Source: a virus (lineage: Duplodnaviria > Caudoviricetes). From it: a DNA stretch of 60,640 nt. Made by a program: the position numbers and the translations under genes. Location: positions 1 to 60,640 of the IMG/VR virus record IMGVR_UViG_3300047635_000036, one strand, 5' to 3'. The notes under the pieces were generated by a model. The model was not told the origin of the DNA, ran no database searches, and was given only the letters and a program-made list of their open reading frames with translations. Below, one piece after another: positions 25,705 through 35,430 of the stretch (its first letter is position 1; each line of letters begins with the position of its first letter).

Positions 25705-26934
25705 ATGGCGAACGTCGGGTGGGTCGGGCTGGGCAAGCTGGGGGCACCGTGCGCCGCTGCCCTGCAGTACTACGGCGAGCACGTGGTCTACGGCTACGAC
25801 CTGCGCGGGACCGACCCGGGTGACTACGTCTGGGCCGGGCAGCGGCCCGTCGAGCTCGTCGAGTCGATCGCCGACGTCGTGAAGCTCACCGACGAGGTCG
25901 TCTACGTCGCGGTCCAGACCCCCCACGCGCCGCTGTACGGCGGCGAGCGGGTGGCTCCGGAGCAGCGATTCGACTTCGAGTACGCCTACCTCGTCAACGC
26001 CGTCCGAGAGGTGTGCCTGGCGGCCAGGGTCCAGCGCAAGCACGTCACCGTCGCGGTCGTGTCTACCGTGCTCCCCGGTACCTTCGGCCGGTACCTGCGC
26101 CAGTTGGGCGACGAGTACGTCACCTTCGTCTACCACCCGTTCTTCATCGCCATGGGGACCGAGGTGGACGACTTCACGCGGCCCGAGATGGTCATCTACG
26201 GGACCGACCGGGACGGCGACCATGGGGTGATCGACGAGCTCTACTCCGAGATCCACGACGCCCCCGTGGCGAGCATGTCGATCGACAGCGCCGAGCTCGC
26301 GAAGGTCGCCTACAACACCTTCATCACGATGAAGATCGTCTTCGCGAACTCCCTGATGGAGATCTGCGAGGGTACCGGCGCGGACGTCGACGAGGTCACC
26401 GACGCGCTGGTCATGGGTACCCAGAGGATCACCTCGGGTCGGTACATGAGGGCGGGGATGGGCGACGGCGGGGGTTGCCATCCCCGGGACAACATCGCGC
26501 TCGCGGCGCTGGGAGAGCGCCTGGGCGTCTCGACGGCCCTGAACGAGTTCCTGATCCGCGCTCGGGAGGCCCAGACCGGCTGGATCGCCGACTTCGCGGT
26601 GCGCTGGATCCAGCAGACCGACATGTCCGCGGTCGTGCTCGGGCTGACCTACAAGCCGGACGTCCCGCTCACGGACGGTTCGCCCGCGCTGCTGCTGGTC
26701 TCGCTCCTGGAGGAGCGCGGCGTCGGCGTGAACGTCTACGACCCGGTCCTCGACCGGGAGGAGTCCCTCCAGCACTTCCTCGACCGGTTCGGTCCCCGGG
26801 TCTACGTGATCGCCACCGAGCACGCTCAGCTACTCCGCCAGACGTATCCTGCCGGCAGCGTGGTGATCGACCCGTTCGGTACCGTCACTCGCTTCCCGGA
26901 CGTCACCTACGTCACTCCGGGCCGCAAGGGGTGA
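25705..26934 (+). CDS. UDP-glucose/GDP-mannose 6-dehydrogenase family protein
   Basis: GLGKLG, VQTP, STVLPGT, AELAKVAYNT, GGGCHPRD (catalytic Cys), GLTYKPD. Confidence 0.9.
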   Translation: MANVGWVGLGKLGAPCAAALQYYGEHVVYGYDLRGTDPGDYVWAGQRPVELVESIADVVKLTDEVVYVAVQTPHAPLYGGERVAPEQRFDFEYAYLVNAVREVCLAARVQRKHVTVAVVSTVLPGTFGRYLRQLGDEYVTFVYHPFFIAMGTEVDDFTRPEMVIYGTDRDGDHGVIDELYSEIHDAPVASMSIDSAELAKVAYNTFITMKIVFANSLMEICEGTGADVDEVTDALVMGTQRITSGRYMRAGMGDGGGCHPRDNIALAALGERLGVSTALNEFLIRAREAQTGWIADFAVRWIQQTDMSAVVLGLTYKPDVPLTDGSPALLLVSLLEERGVGVNVYDPVLDREESLQHFLDRFGPRVYVIATEHAQLLRQTYPAGSVVIDPFGTVTRFPDVTYVTPGRKG

Positions 26935-27092
26935 GCGCGGTCGTCTGGGACCTCCTCGCCTCGGTCCTGTGGTTCGGGGCGTTCCTGACCTGCGTCGGCG
27001 TGCTGGTGAGGTACGCCCGGCGCTCTCGAGCCGACCGGCGCTCCCGGGACCACGGACTCGACGTGATCAAGGACCTCCAGGACGTGACCTAG
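26931..27092 (+). CDS. Small membrane protein
   Basis: GTGA overlap; one TM helix then basic tail. Confidence 0.5.
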   Translation: MSAVVWDLLASVLWFGAFLTCVGVLVRYARRSRADRRSRDHGLDVIKDLQDVT

Positions 27093-27102
27093 ACTCACCT
27101 CC

Positions 27103-28830
27103 GTGACCGGTGACCAGGTGGACGTGGGGCAGCTCGCCGCCGCCGTCGCCCGGCACCTGGAGATGTACCAGCTCCGCCCGGCCACCTGGCGCCCCCAGCC
27201 GCACCAGGTCCCCCCGCCCGGTAGCTGGTACGGCTGGCTGCTCAACGCCGGCCGCGGGGCCGGCAAGACGGCCGCCGCCGCGCGCTACGTCTCCGCCCAC
27301 GTGCACGGGCCTCCCTGCCTGCCCGGACCAGTCCCGCACTGGGTCGGCATCATCGCCCCGACGCTCGGCGACGGCGTCACCGCCTGCTTCCAGGGACCCT
27401 CGGGCCTGGGTTCGTTCGACGAGAACGCGCGGCTGCTGCAGACCACCGGCGGCACCGTGGTTCGCTGGCAGAACGGTTCTCAGGCCAAGATGTTCGGCGC
27501 GCACTCCCAGGAGGACGTAGAGCGCCTCAGAGCGGGCGGCAATACCTCGCTCGCGGCCGGCACCTTGGTCCGGACGAAGACCGGCGAGGTCCCGATCGAG
27601 GACGTCCGGATGGGGGACCAGGTCTGGACCCGCAACGGGCTCCGCACGGTGCGGCGAGCCGGGCAGACCGGGGTCAAGCCTACCTGGCGCCTGACGACGC
27701 GGGCAGGTCGGGAACTTGAGCTGACCGGGGACCACGAGGTACTGGTGAGCGGACGCTGGGTCGCCGCCGAACTCCTGCGACCGGGCGACTCGCTCACCGA
27801 GTTGGACGAGGTCGCGAGTTGCGTGAACGAGGACCGCGTCCAGCCCGTCTACGACCTGTCCGTGGAGTACGACCACGAGTTCTTCGCCAACGGGATCCTG
27901 GTCTCCAACTGCCTGATCTGGGCAGAGGAACTGGCAGCCTGGCGCTACCTCGACGCGAGCTGGCAGCAGATGCGCTTCGGCCTGCGCAGCGGTCCCCGGC
28001 CGCACTGGGTGGCCAGCACCACCCCGAAACCGCGCGCCCTGATCAAGAAGCTGATCAAGCAGACCCCGCACAACGTCGTCGTCACGCACGCTACCACCGA
28101 CGACAACCCGCACCTGGAGGCGCACGTCCGCGCCGCCCTGGACGAGGAGTACGGCGGCCTGCAGATCGGCCAGCAGGAGCTCTACGCCGAGATCCTCGAG
28201 CAGGACGTGCACGCCCTCTGGCAACGCGACGACCTCAACGAGTACCGGCTCAAGGAGTCCCCGCCGCTGGTCCGGATCACCGTCGGGGTCGACCCGTCCG
28301 GCGGCGCCGGAGAGCAGGGCATCATCGTCGCCGGCAAGGCCTTCGAGGACTCCATCGCCAATGGGAAGGCCCAGCGCCTCGCGCACGGCTACGTGTTGGC
28401 CGACCAGACCTGCAGCCTTTCGCCGGACGGCTGGGGGCGTCGCGCCGTGCAGGCCGCGGTCGACTGGGAGGCAGACGACATCGTCGTAGAGATCAACTTC
28501 GGCGGGGACATGGCGATCTCCACGATCGCCGGCGCGGCCGAGGTCATGGGAATCTCCATTCCGATCCGGGAGACCCGGGCCTCCCGCGGCAAGCGCGTGC
28601 GGGCCGAGCCGGTGTCCGTCCTGTCCGCGCGCGGGCGCTGGCACCACGTCGGGCGCTATGAGCAGCTCGAGGACCAGCTCTGCACCTGGGTCCCTGACCA
28701 GGCTGACTACTCCCCCGACCGACTCGACGCCATGGTCTGGACCGGCTGGCACCAGAGGCTGGTCGGGACCTCCCTGCGCGCCCCCGGCAACTTCGGTGGC
28801 CTGGCCGTCGTCCGCTCAGTCATCTCGTAG
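27103..28830 (+). CDS. terL: Terminase large subunit containing a mini-intein
   Basis: Walker A GRGAGKT, Walker B-like LIWAEE, STTP, nuclease VGVDPSGG and SPDRLDA. Confidence 0.92.
   Translation: MTGDQVDVGQLAAAVARHLEMYQLRPATWRPQPHQVPPPGSWYGWLLNAGRGAGKTAAAARYVSAHVHGPPCLPGPVPHWVGIIAPTLGDGVTACFQGPSGLGSFDENARLLQTTGGTVVRWQNGSQAKMFGAHSQEDVERLRAGGNTSLAAGTLVRTKTGEVPIEDVRMGDQVWTRNGLRTVRRAGQTGVKPTWRLTTRAGRELELTGDHEVLVSGRWVAAELLRPGDSLTELDEVASCVNEDRVQPVYDLSVEYDHEFFANGILVSNCLIWAEELAAWRYLDASWQQMRFGLRSGPRPHWVASTTPKPRALIKKLIKQTPHNVVVTHATTDDNPHLEAHVRAALDEEYGGLQIGQQELYAEILEQDVHALWQRDDLNEYRLKESPPLVRITVGVDPSGGAGEQGIIVAGKAFEDSIANGKAQRLAHGYVLADQTCSLSPDGWGRRAVQAAVDWEADDIVVEINFGGDMAISTIAGAAEVMGISIPIRETRASRGKRVRAEPVSVLSARGRWHHVGRYEQLEDQLCTWVPDQADYSPDRLDAMVWTGWHQRLVGTSLRAPGNFGGLAVVRSVIS
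27547..27909 (+). mobile_element. 121-aa mini-intein (Hint domain, no homing endonuclease)
   Basis: Block A SLAAGTLV, block B LTGDHEVL, blocks F/G VYDLSV...FFANGILVSN followed by Cys+1. Confidence 0.9.
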
Positions 28831-28846
28831 GGAGGAGGTACCGTGA

Positions 28847-29203
28847 GTGAATCTAGCCCAGTTCGGACTCGCCGGCGGGCTCGCGCTCGCACTGGTCGGG
28901 GTCATCGGCTACCTGCTGAACTCCAACCGCCAAGACCGCGCACAGCACCGTGAGATCGTCGCCGACCTGCGCGAGACGATCAAGAACAACGACGAGCGCT
29001 ACGAGAAGCGCATCCAGGACGTCGAGCAGCGCTCCCGAGAGCGGATCGCCGAGCTGGAGAAGCGCTGCGACGTGCTGGAGCTCGAGGTCCAGACCGAGCG
29101 CAGCCAGCGGCTGACCGCCGAGTACACCGTGGCGACCGAGCGGCGTCGCGCCGCCGAGGCCGAGTACCAACTGACCCGCCTGCAGGCGGGAGGACCGCCG
29201 TGA
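28847..29203 (+). CDS. Membrane-anchored coiled-coil protein (lysis cassette)
   Basis: N-terminal TM and heptad-rich tail. Confidence 0.7.
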   Translation: MNLAQFGLAGGLALALVGVIGYLLNSNRQDRAQHREIVADLRETIKNNDERYEKRIQDVEQRSRERIAELEKRCDVLELEVQTERSQRLTAEYTVATERRRAAEAEYQLTRLQAGGPP

Positions 29204-29856
29204 CAGATCCGAGATCGGCGCGCCGTCGCGACGCCGGCGACGCGCCCTACCAGCTTCGACACCGGTCCCAGACCGTCATCGGGATTCTGGCCCTCCTGCT
29301 CCTCGCCGGCATCCTCTACCTCGTCTTCCAGGCCGTCCAGACCGCGCACGTCGCGCAGCAGGACCAGGCCTCCCTCGCCCAGCGCGTCACCGAGGCCTGC
29401 GCCAACGGCGGTCCGGCCGCCGTCGAGCTGCACCGCGTCGGGGCCTGCCAGCAGGCCGCCGGGATCCCCGGACCGCCGGGGGCGCCCGGGGCTCCAGGAC
29501 CCGAAGGTCCGAGCGGCCCGCGCGGGGAGCCGGGACTGCCCGGTCCCCCCGGACCCGCCGGCGGCGCCGGTCCGCCGGGACCGGCCGGGTCCGCCGGCCT
29601 GCAGGGGGACCCCGGGTCGCAGGGAGCCGCCGGGGAGCCCGGTCCGGCGGGGCCGGCCGGTTCCCCCGGGGAGCCTGGGGCGAGCGGCGCGGCGGGACCG
29701 CCGGGACCGCCGGGACCCGCCGGATCCCCCTGCCCGGAGGGCCAGCAGCTCGAGCCGTACGTCTACCCGGACGGGCGGGCGGGGAGCCGCTGCGTCGAGC
29801 CGGTGGTGCCCCCGCCGCCGTCGAGTAGACTATCGAACCAGCGTCGAGTGAAGTGA
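29200..29856 (+). CDS. Membrane-anchored collagen-like protein
   Basis: TM helix, Cys pair, about 30 uninterrupted Gly-X-Y triplets, Cys pair. Confidence 0.85.
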   Translation: MTDPRSARRRDAGDAPYQLRHRSQTVIGILALLLLAGILYLVFQAVQTAHVAQQDQASLAQRVTEACANGGPAAVELHRVGACQQAAGIPGPPGAPGAPGPEGPSGPRGEPGLPGPPGPAGGAGPPGPAGSAGLQGDPGSQGAAGEPGPAGPAGSPGEPGASGAAGPPGPPGPAGSPCPEGQQLEPYVYPDGRAGSRCVEPVVPPPPSSRLSNQRRVK

Positions 29857-29864
29857 GGTCCAGC

Positions 29865-30314
29865 ATGGCCGGAGGTACCCCCCGCAGCGCCCCGAGTCGC
29901 GCCAAGACGCCCGAGCCCGAGGCCGCGCCGACGACCCCCTCCGGCGTCTCTCCCCGCCCCGTCGAGGAGATCGAGCTGACGGTCCTCGAGACGCCGAGCC
30001 TCGAGGTCGAGGAGGCCCCGCCGCCGCCGCTGCCGCCGGAGCAGCCGCCGGCCCCCGAGAAGCTCCCGCGCCTCAACGAGCGCCTCAGCACGATCCACAT
30101 CCACAACGCCGTCAACGACGGCTACCCGTCGCACGCCATCGCGCTGGTCCAGGGCGCCCTCACCGGCGCCGGACACGACCCCGGCCCCTACGACGGGGTC
30201 GGCGGCCGGCGGACCCGGGCCGCGCTGGCCGAGTTCGCCGCCGCGCGCGGCATCGAGCTCACCGACCTGGACTCCCTCGCCGAGACACTCGACGCGCTCG
30301 GCTTCGACGTCTGA
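29865..30314 (+). CDS. Protein with peptidoglycan-binding-like domain
   Basis: VQGALTGAGHDPGPYDGVGGRRTRAAL. Confidence 0.7.
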   Translation: MAGGTPRSAPSRAKTPEPEAAPTTPSGVSPRPVEEIELTVLETPSLEVEEAPPPPLPPEQPPAPEKLPRLNERLSTIHIHNAVNDGYPSHAIALVQGALTGAGHDPGPYDGVGGRRTRAALAEFAAARGIELTDLDSLAETLDALGFDV

Positions 30315-30338
30315 CCGACACGACCGAAGGAGCACGAC

Positions 30339-30578
30339 GTGAACGACTACCTGACCCTGGCCTTCTGGAAGGGCGCCCTCGACAGGGCGATCAAGTCCGT
30401 CGCGCAGACCCTGCTCCTGCTGTGGGGCGCGGACGGCGCCGTGCACATCCTGCACGTCGACTGGACCGCCGCGCTCGAGGTCGGCGCCGGCGCCGCCGTC
30501 CTCTCCCTGCTCACGTCGCTGCTCTCCAGCACCACCGGGGACAGGGGCACCACGTCCATGATCCCCGGCGCGAAGTAG
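30339..30578 (+). CDS. Holin (r1t-like)
   Basis: FWKGALDRAIKSVAQT...VDW...AAVLSLLTS. Confidence 0.85.
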   Translation: MNDYLTLAFWKGALDRAIKSVAQTLLLLWGADGAVHILHVDWTAALEVGAGAAVLSLLTSLLSSTTGDRGTTSMIPGAK

Positions 30579-30585
30579 CCCGGAC

Positions 30586-30927
30586 GTGTCCCTCCCGCTC
30601 CTGCTGGTCCTGATGACGCTCGCGACCTACCGGATCACCCGCCTGGTCGTCGAGGACACCTTCCCGCCGGTGGCCTGGGTCCGGGAGCGCCTCACCGGAC
30701 ACGAGCCCACCCTCTCCGAGCCCTACCGGGTGGCCCGGTGGAAGATCGTCCCCGCGTGGATCGGCGACCTCGTGTCGTGCTGCTGGTGCACCTCGGTGTG
30801 GGTCTCCGCCGGCGTCGTCGCAGCAGTCGATCTTACGGTGGGGCTACCGTTACCCTTACTCGCGTGGGGCGCGGTCGCCGCCGCCGCCGCGTGGGTGTCC
30901 CACCTCGAGGAGTTCTTCGTCCGCTAG
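30586..30927 (+). CDS. DUF1360-like membrane protein
   Basis: LATYRITRLVVED...LVSCCWCTSVW. Confidence 0.8.
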   Translation: MSLPLLLVLMTLATYRITRLVVEDTFPPVAWVRERLTGHEPTLSEPYRVARWKIVPAWIGDLVSCCWCTSVWVSAGVVAAVDLTVGLPLPLLAWGAVAAAAAWVSHLEEFFVR

Positions 30928-30937
30928 GGAGGCTACC

Positions 30938-32755
30938 GTGGCGTGGCGCCTGCTCGGACCCCACTGGACGAAGCCGCGACGCCGCGCACCGTCGACCTCC
31001 CCGACCGCGCCCGAGGTGCTCACCTCCGCCGCGCTGGTCACCAACGCGGTCAAGGCCGGCCAGCGCGTCCTCGTCCCCACCTACGAGAACTGGCAGCGCG
31101 AGCTCTGGACCTACTTCGAGGAAGTGGGCGAGTTCAGCACCACCGTGAGCTGGCGCTCCGGCATGATGTCCCGGGTCCGGCTCCGCGCGGCGCGCATGCA
31201 ACCCGACACCGACGAGCCGAAGATCGTGGACAGCGGCCCGGCCGCGGACCTGGTCAACGAGCTCTTCGGCGGCATCATCGGACAGGCCGAGGGTATGCGG
31301 ACGATGACGACCCTCCTCGACGTCTGCGCGGAGGCGTGGGTAGTCGGCGAGACCGTCGGCGGCGTCACGACCTGGCAGGTGCGCTCCACCGACGAGATCC
31401 GAGCCGGCAGGTCCCGGGACGGCGAGTACGAGATCGTCGACGACGCCGCGTCCAGCCTCGGCCGGCTGATCTGGCGGTCGCTCGCCGCCGACCACATGGT
31501 CACCAGGATCTGGAACCCGCACCCCCGGGTACGCCACCTCCCGCACGCCCCGGCCAAGGCCGCGCGCTCCGCGCTGCGCGAGCTCAGCCTGGTCAACCGG
31601 CACATCCAGGCCCAGTACCTGTCTCGGCTCGCCTCGGCCGGCATCATCGTCCTGCCGGACGAGATCACCTTTCCGGTGCGCCCGGAGTTCGAGGACGCCC
31701 CCGACCCCTTCATCGCGGAGTGGATCGAGACCGCCAAGCAGGCCATCCAGACCCCGGGTACGGCGGCTGCGGCCGTGCCGATCCCCATGCGCCTGCCCGG
31801 CGAATACGTCGACAAGGTGAAGCACATCGACTTCACCCTCAAGCTCGACGAGCGGATCATCGAGAAGCGCGACTCGGCCCGCCACCAGCTAGCGACCCAG
31901 CTCAACGTCCCGGCCGACCTGCTCTTCGACACCAGCAAGGTCAACCACTGGGGCCTCTGGCAGCTCGAGGACGTGGCGATCAAGGCCTACATCGCGCCGG
32001 ACGCCGAGGTCATCTGCGGGGGCCTGACCACCAGCTACCTGCACCCCCGACTGCGCGCGAAGGGCGTCGAGGACTGGGCGCAGTGGATCGTCTGGTACGA
32101 CACCTCCGAGATCCAGGTGCGCCCCGACCGGTCGGCCAACGCCCTCAAGGCCTACCAGTCCCTGGAGATCTCCGGCAAGGCGCTGCGCCGCGAGACCGGG
32201 TTCGACGAGGACGACGCCCCCACCGACGACGAGCTCACCCAGATGGCGCTGCGCCGACTCGCGGTCAACCCACAGGTCGGGTTCCTCGCCCTCCAGGGAC
32301 TCACCGGCTTCCAGCCCCTGGGCGGCGCCGCGCCGGCGCCCGGGGCGGAGACCCCGCCCAACCCGGTCACGCCGGAGCCGCGACCCGTCGAGCCCGTCGA
32401 CCCGGGAGCGCCCCCGGTCAGCAAAGACGCGGAACCCCAGGCACCCGGCAAGCGGCTCAACGGGTCGACCCGCGACGCGCTCACCGTGCTCCAGGCCAAC
32501 ACCGACCACGTCATCGAGTTCGGCGTCAGCGGCTGGAAGCTCCGGCACCCTCTGCTGTGCGAGCCGCACGTCTTCTCCTGCCCGTTCACCCACGTGACGT
32601 CTCGCGGGGTGACCGCGCACCCCGGCACGTCCGGCAGCTACGAGTGCCGGCTGTCGGACACCGGCGAGCTCGTCATCGGGACGCGCGTGTTCCCCCGAGA
32701 GGTCGACACCGTCGAGGGGACCCCGAGGGCGGTGAACGGTGCCCGACACCGCTGA
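30938..32755 (+). CDS. Portal protein
   Basis: Position and size; WQRELW..VGE, IWNPHPR, SRLASAGI, NHWGLW motifs of cluster B-like portals. Confidence 0.85.
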   Translation: MAWRLLGPHWTKPRRRAPSTSPTAPEVLTSAALVTNAVKAGQRVLVPTYENWQRELWTYFEEVGEFSTTVSWRSGMMSRVRLRAARMQPDTDEPKIVDSGPAADLVNELFGGIIGQAEGMRTMTTLLDVCAEAWVVGETVGGVTTWQVRSTDEIRAGRSRDGEYEIVDDAASSLGRLIWRSLAADHMVTRIWNPHPRVRHLPHAPAKAARSALRELSLVNRHIQAQYLSRLASAGIIVLPDEITFPVRPEFEDAPDPFIAEWIETAKQAIQTPGTAAAAVPIPMRLPGEYVDKVKHIDFTLKLDERIIEKRDSARHQLATQLNVPADLLFDTSKVNHWGLWQLEDVAIKAYIAPDAEVICGGLTTSYLHPRLRAKGVEDWAQWIVWYDTSEIQVRPDRSANALKAYQSLEISGKALRRETGFDEDDAPTDDELTQMALRRLAVNPQVGFLALQGLTGFQPLGGAAPAPGAETPPNPVTPEPRPVEPVDPGAPPVSKDAEPQAPGKRLNGSTRDALTVLQANTDHVIEFGVSGWKLRHPLLCEPHVFSCPFTHVTSRGVTAHPGTSGSYECRLSDTGELVIGTRVFPREVDTVEGTPRAVNGARHR

Positions 32756-35414
32756 GCACGTCGGCGCGATGGTCGCCTTGGTCCCGAGCGAGGCAGACCT
32801 CGACCGCCTCGCGCTGCCCGGCGGAGAGCCGCGCGAGGAGCTGCACCTGACGCTGGCCTACCTCGGCGACGCGGTCGACATCGCGCCCGAGGTCGCCGAC
32901 GCGCTGTTCGGCTACCTCCAGGAGGTCGCCGCCGAGACGGGCGGCCCCGTCGTCGCCAACGCGTTCGGGGTGGCGTACTGGAACCCGACGGGACCGGAGC
33001 CGGCCTGGGTACTCAACGTGGGCGACGACCGCGAAGGCGCCGGGCCGACGCTGGCCGACGTGCACGGCGCGGTGGAGGAGCTCACTGAGAACCTCGTCCC
33101 CACCCTGCCGACCCAGCACTCGCCCTGGCAGCCGCACGTCTGCATCGCCTACTCCGTGACGGGGGTGTTCGACGACCTGGTCCAGCGGCTCGGGCCGATC
33201 ACCTTCGACCGGCTGCGCCTCGCCATGGGCGGCGACGTGCGCGATCTCGACCTGGGAAGACTCGGATCACAGGCTGCTACCATCCGGTCAGCAGCGGGAG
33301 GTGACGCGGTGCCGTGGCACAAGGTGCAGGGTTCGGGGGACTGTCCGACTGACGAGCCGTGGGCCGTCGTGGAGGACGGCACCGACGAGCTCGAGGGCTG
33401 CTTCGCCGACGAAGCCGAGGCGGACGCGAAGATCGCGGAGCTCGTCGCCGACGAGGGGCCGAACGGGGGCTGCGTCGACTGCGCGGACGACGCCGACCAC
33501 TTCGCCGGCCGGGACTTCGCCAGCGACGCGCCGTGGAACGGCGCGGCCTCGCGGTTCAGCGACGACCAGTACAAGAAGGCGACGGCGGCCTGCGACCCCG
33601 GCGACGGCACGGTCAAGGAGCGCTGCTTCCTGCCCCACCACGAGCCAGGCGGCGCGCTGAACGTCAACGGGCTGCACGCCGCGGCCTCCCGCTTCAACCA
33701 GGTCAGCGGACACGACCCCGGTGCCGTGGCGCGGGCGAAGGCCCACCTGCGCTCGCACTACGGAGAGGTGGGCGAGGACGTGCCCGACGTACTCAAGGCC
33801 GAGGGCGAGGTCGTGACCGCGGCCGCGCCGCAGTCCGGCGACTGCGCCCCCGGCTACCACAAGATGCCCGACGGCTCGTGCATGAGCGACGAGGAGATGG
33901 ACTACGCGGCGCGCTGGTCCGGCGTGCTGTGCGTGGAGGGCACCCCCACCGGGGACGGCCGGGAGTTCTCGCCGGACGCGCTGGACTGGGCGAACCACAT
34001 GCTCCTGCGCTGGCAGAAGGAGGGCAGCCACGGCGGCGACCACGACGTCACGGTCACCGTCGGGCGCATCGACCGGGCCTGGCGCGACGGCCCCCTGGTG
34101 CGCGGCGAGGGCACCCTCGACCTGATGAACCCGGACGGCTTCGAGATCCGGCGCCGGCTGGCCGGCGGGTTCGCCGGCGGCGTCTCCATCGACGCGGACG
34201 ACATCGAGGACGCCGACGTCGAGCTCATCTGGCCCGAGGCCGACGCCGAGGGCGGGGAGCTGTCCGAGGGCGACGACGTCCTCAACATGCTCTTCGGGCG
34301 CCCGCTCAAGACCGTCTACCACGGCGGCCGGGTGAGGGCCGCGACGTTAGTGGATATCCCCGCCTTCGTCGAGGCCGCGATCGCGCTCACCGGAGACGAG
34401 GGCGACGCGAAGGCGGTCGCCGCGTCCGGACGCCACCTGACCGCCGTCTCGGACGCCCCCTGGGCCTACACGATCCAGATGCACCGCGAGCTCCCGGACG
34501 ACGCCTACGCCTGGGTGGCCGCAGACGGCACCGGTCGCCTGCTGCCGCACCACGAGCTGGCCGAGGGCGACCTCGGGCCGGCCAACGTGACCGCCTGCGC
34601 CGCCGCGATCGCGAAGCTCTCGACGCGGGGAACGCTCTCGACCGTCGGCGAGGTCCGCGCGGCCTACGCGCACCTGGCCCAGCACCTCCGGGACGCCGGC
34701 CAGGTCCCGCCACCGCTGGACCTCGGCGAGGGCGCGGTGACGGCCGCCGTCGCGACCGACGCGTGGCGCCCGTCCCGCGAGTGGTTCAAGAACCCGGAGC
34801 TCACCGTCCCGCTGGGCACGGTGGTCACCGACGACGGCCGCGTCTACGGGCACCTCGCGCACTGGCAGGACTGCCACATCGGCTACGAGGACGTGTGCGT
34901 CGCCCCGCCGCGCGAGGACAGCCACCCCTACTTCATGACCGGGGAGGTCGTGTGCGCCGACGGGAGCCGCGTCTCGGTCGGCCAGGTCACGGTCGGCATC
35001 GGCCACGCGCCGTCCCACTACCGGGCCGCGCGCGCCGCGGAGCACTACGACGACACCTCCGCGGTCGTCGCCGACGTCGCGGTGGGCAACGACGAGCACG
35101 GGATCTGGATGGCCGGGGCGATCCGGCCGCACGCGGAGTCCAAGCGCGTGTACGACCTGCGCGCCTCCGGCCGGGTGAGCGGCGACTGGCGGCGCATCGG
35201 CAACCAGTTGCGGCTGGTGGGGGTGCTCGGGGTGAACGTCGGCGGGTTTCTCATGCCGAACCTCACCGTCCGCGTGGCCAGCGGGGTGCAGACCGCGCTG
35301 GTGGCCGCCGGCATCCCGAGGGTCGGGCCGCCTCTGGTCACCGAGAACGACTTGGACCGCCGGGCCCTGCGACTGATGATGGACCGGGTCGCCGCGCGGG
35401 TGCGCGGGGCCTGA
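32739..35414 (+). CDS. 2H phosphoesterase domain fused to capsid maturation protease polyprotein
   Basis: LHLTLAY and PHVC (two His motifs); EGTPTGDGR..H..VGRI..GVSID; GRVYGHLA..GIW.AG..SGDWR; between portal and capsid. Confidence 0.8.
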   Translation: MPDTAEHVGAMVALVPSEADLDRLALPGGEPREELHLTLAYLGDAVDIAPEVADALFGYLQEVAAETGGPVVANAFGVAYWNPTGPEPAWVLNVGDDREGAGPTLADVHGAVEELTENLVPTLPTQHSPWQPHVCIAYSVTGVFDDLVQRLGPITFDRLRLAMGGDVRDLDLGRLGSQAATIRSAAGGDAVPWHKVQGSGDCPTDEPWAVVEDGTDELEGCFADEAEADAKIAELVADEGPNGGCVDCADDADHFAGRDFASDAPWNGAASRFSDDQYKKATAACDPGDGTVKERCFLPHHEPGGALNVNGLHAAASRFNQVSGHDPGAVARAKAHLRSHYGEVGEDVPDVLKAEGEVVTAAAPQSGDCAPGYHKMPDGSCMSDEEMDYAARWSGVLCVEGTPTGDGREFSPDALDWANHMLLRWQKEGSHGGDHDVTVTVGRIDRAWRDGPLVRGEGTLDLMNPDGFEIRRRLAGGFAGGVSIDADDIEDADVELIWPEADAEGGELSEGDDVLNMLFGRPLKTVYHGGRVRAATLVDIPAFVEAAIALTGDEGDAKAVAASGRHLTAVSDAPWAYTIQMHRELPDDAYAWVAADGTGRLLPHHELAEGDLGPANVTACAAAIAKLSTRGTLSTVGEVRAAYAHLAQHLRDAGQVPPPLDLGEGAVTAAVATDAWRPSREWFKNPELTVPLGTVVTDDGRVYGHLAHWQDCHIGYEDVCVAPPREDSHPYFMTGEVVCADGSRVSVGQVTVGIGHAPSHYRAARAAEHYDDTSAVVADVAVGNDEHGIWMAGAIRPHAESKRVYDLRASGRVSGDWRRIGNQLRLVGVLGVNVGGFLMPNLTVRVASGVQTALVAAGIPRVGPPLVTENDLDRRALRLMMDRVAARVRGA

Positions 35415-35430
35415 ACGGAGGGCGAGACAG

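Noticed and set aside
22197-26934. T4-like DNA hypermodification cluster
   Set aside because: No hydroxymethylase, thymidylate synthase homologue or TET/JBP gene is visible in the window; cannot be excluded for the unseen part of the genome
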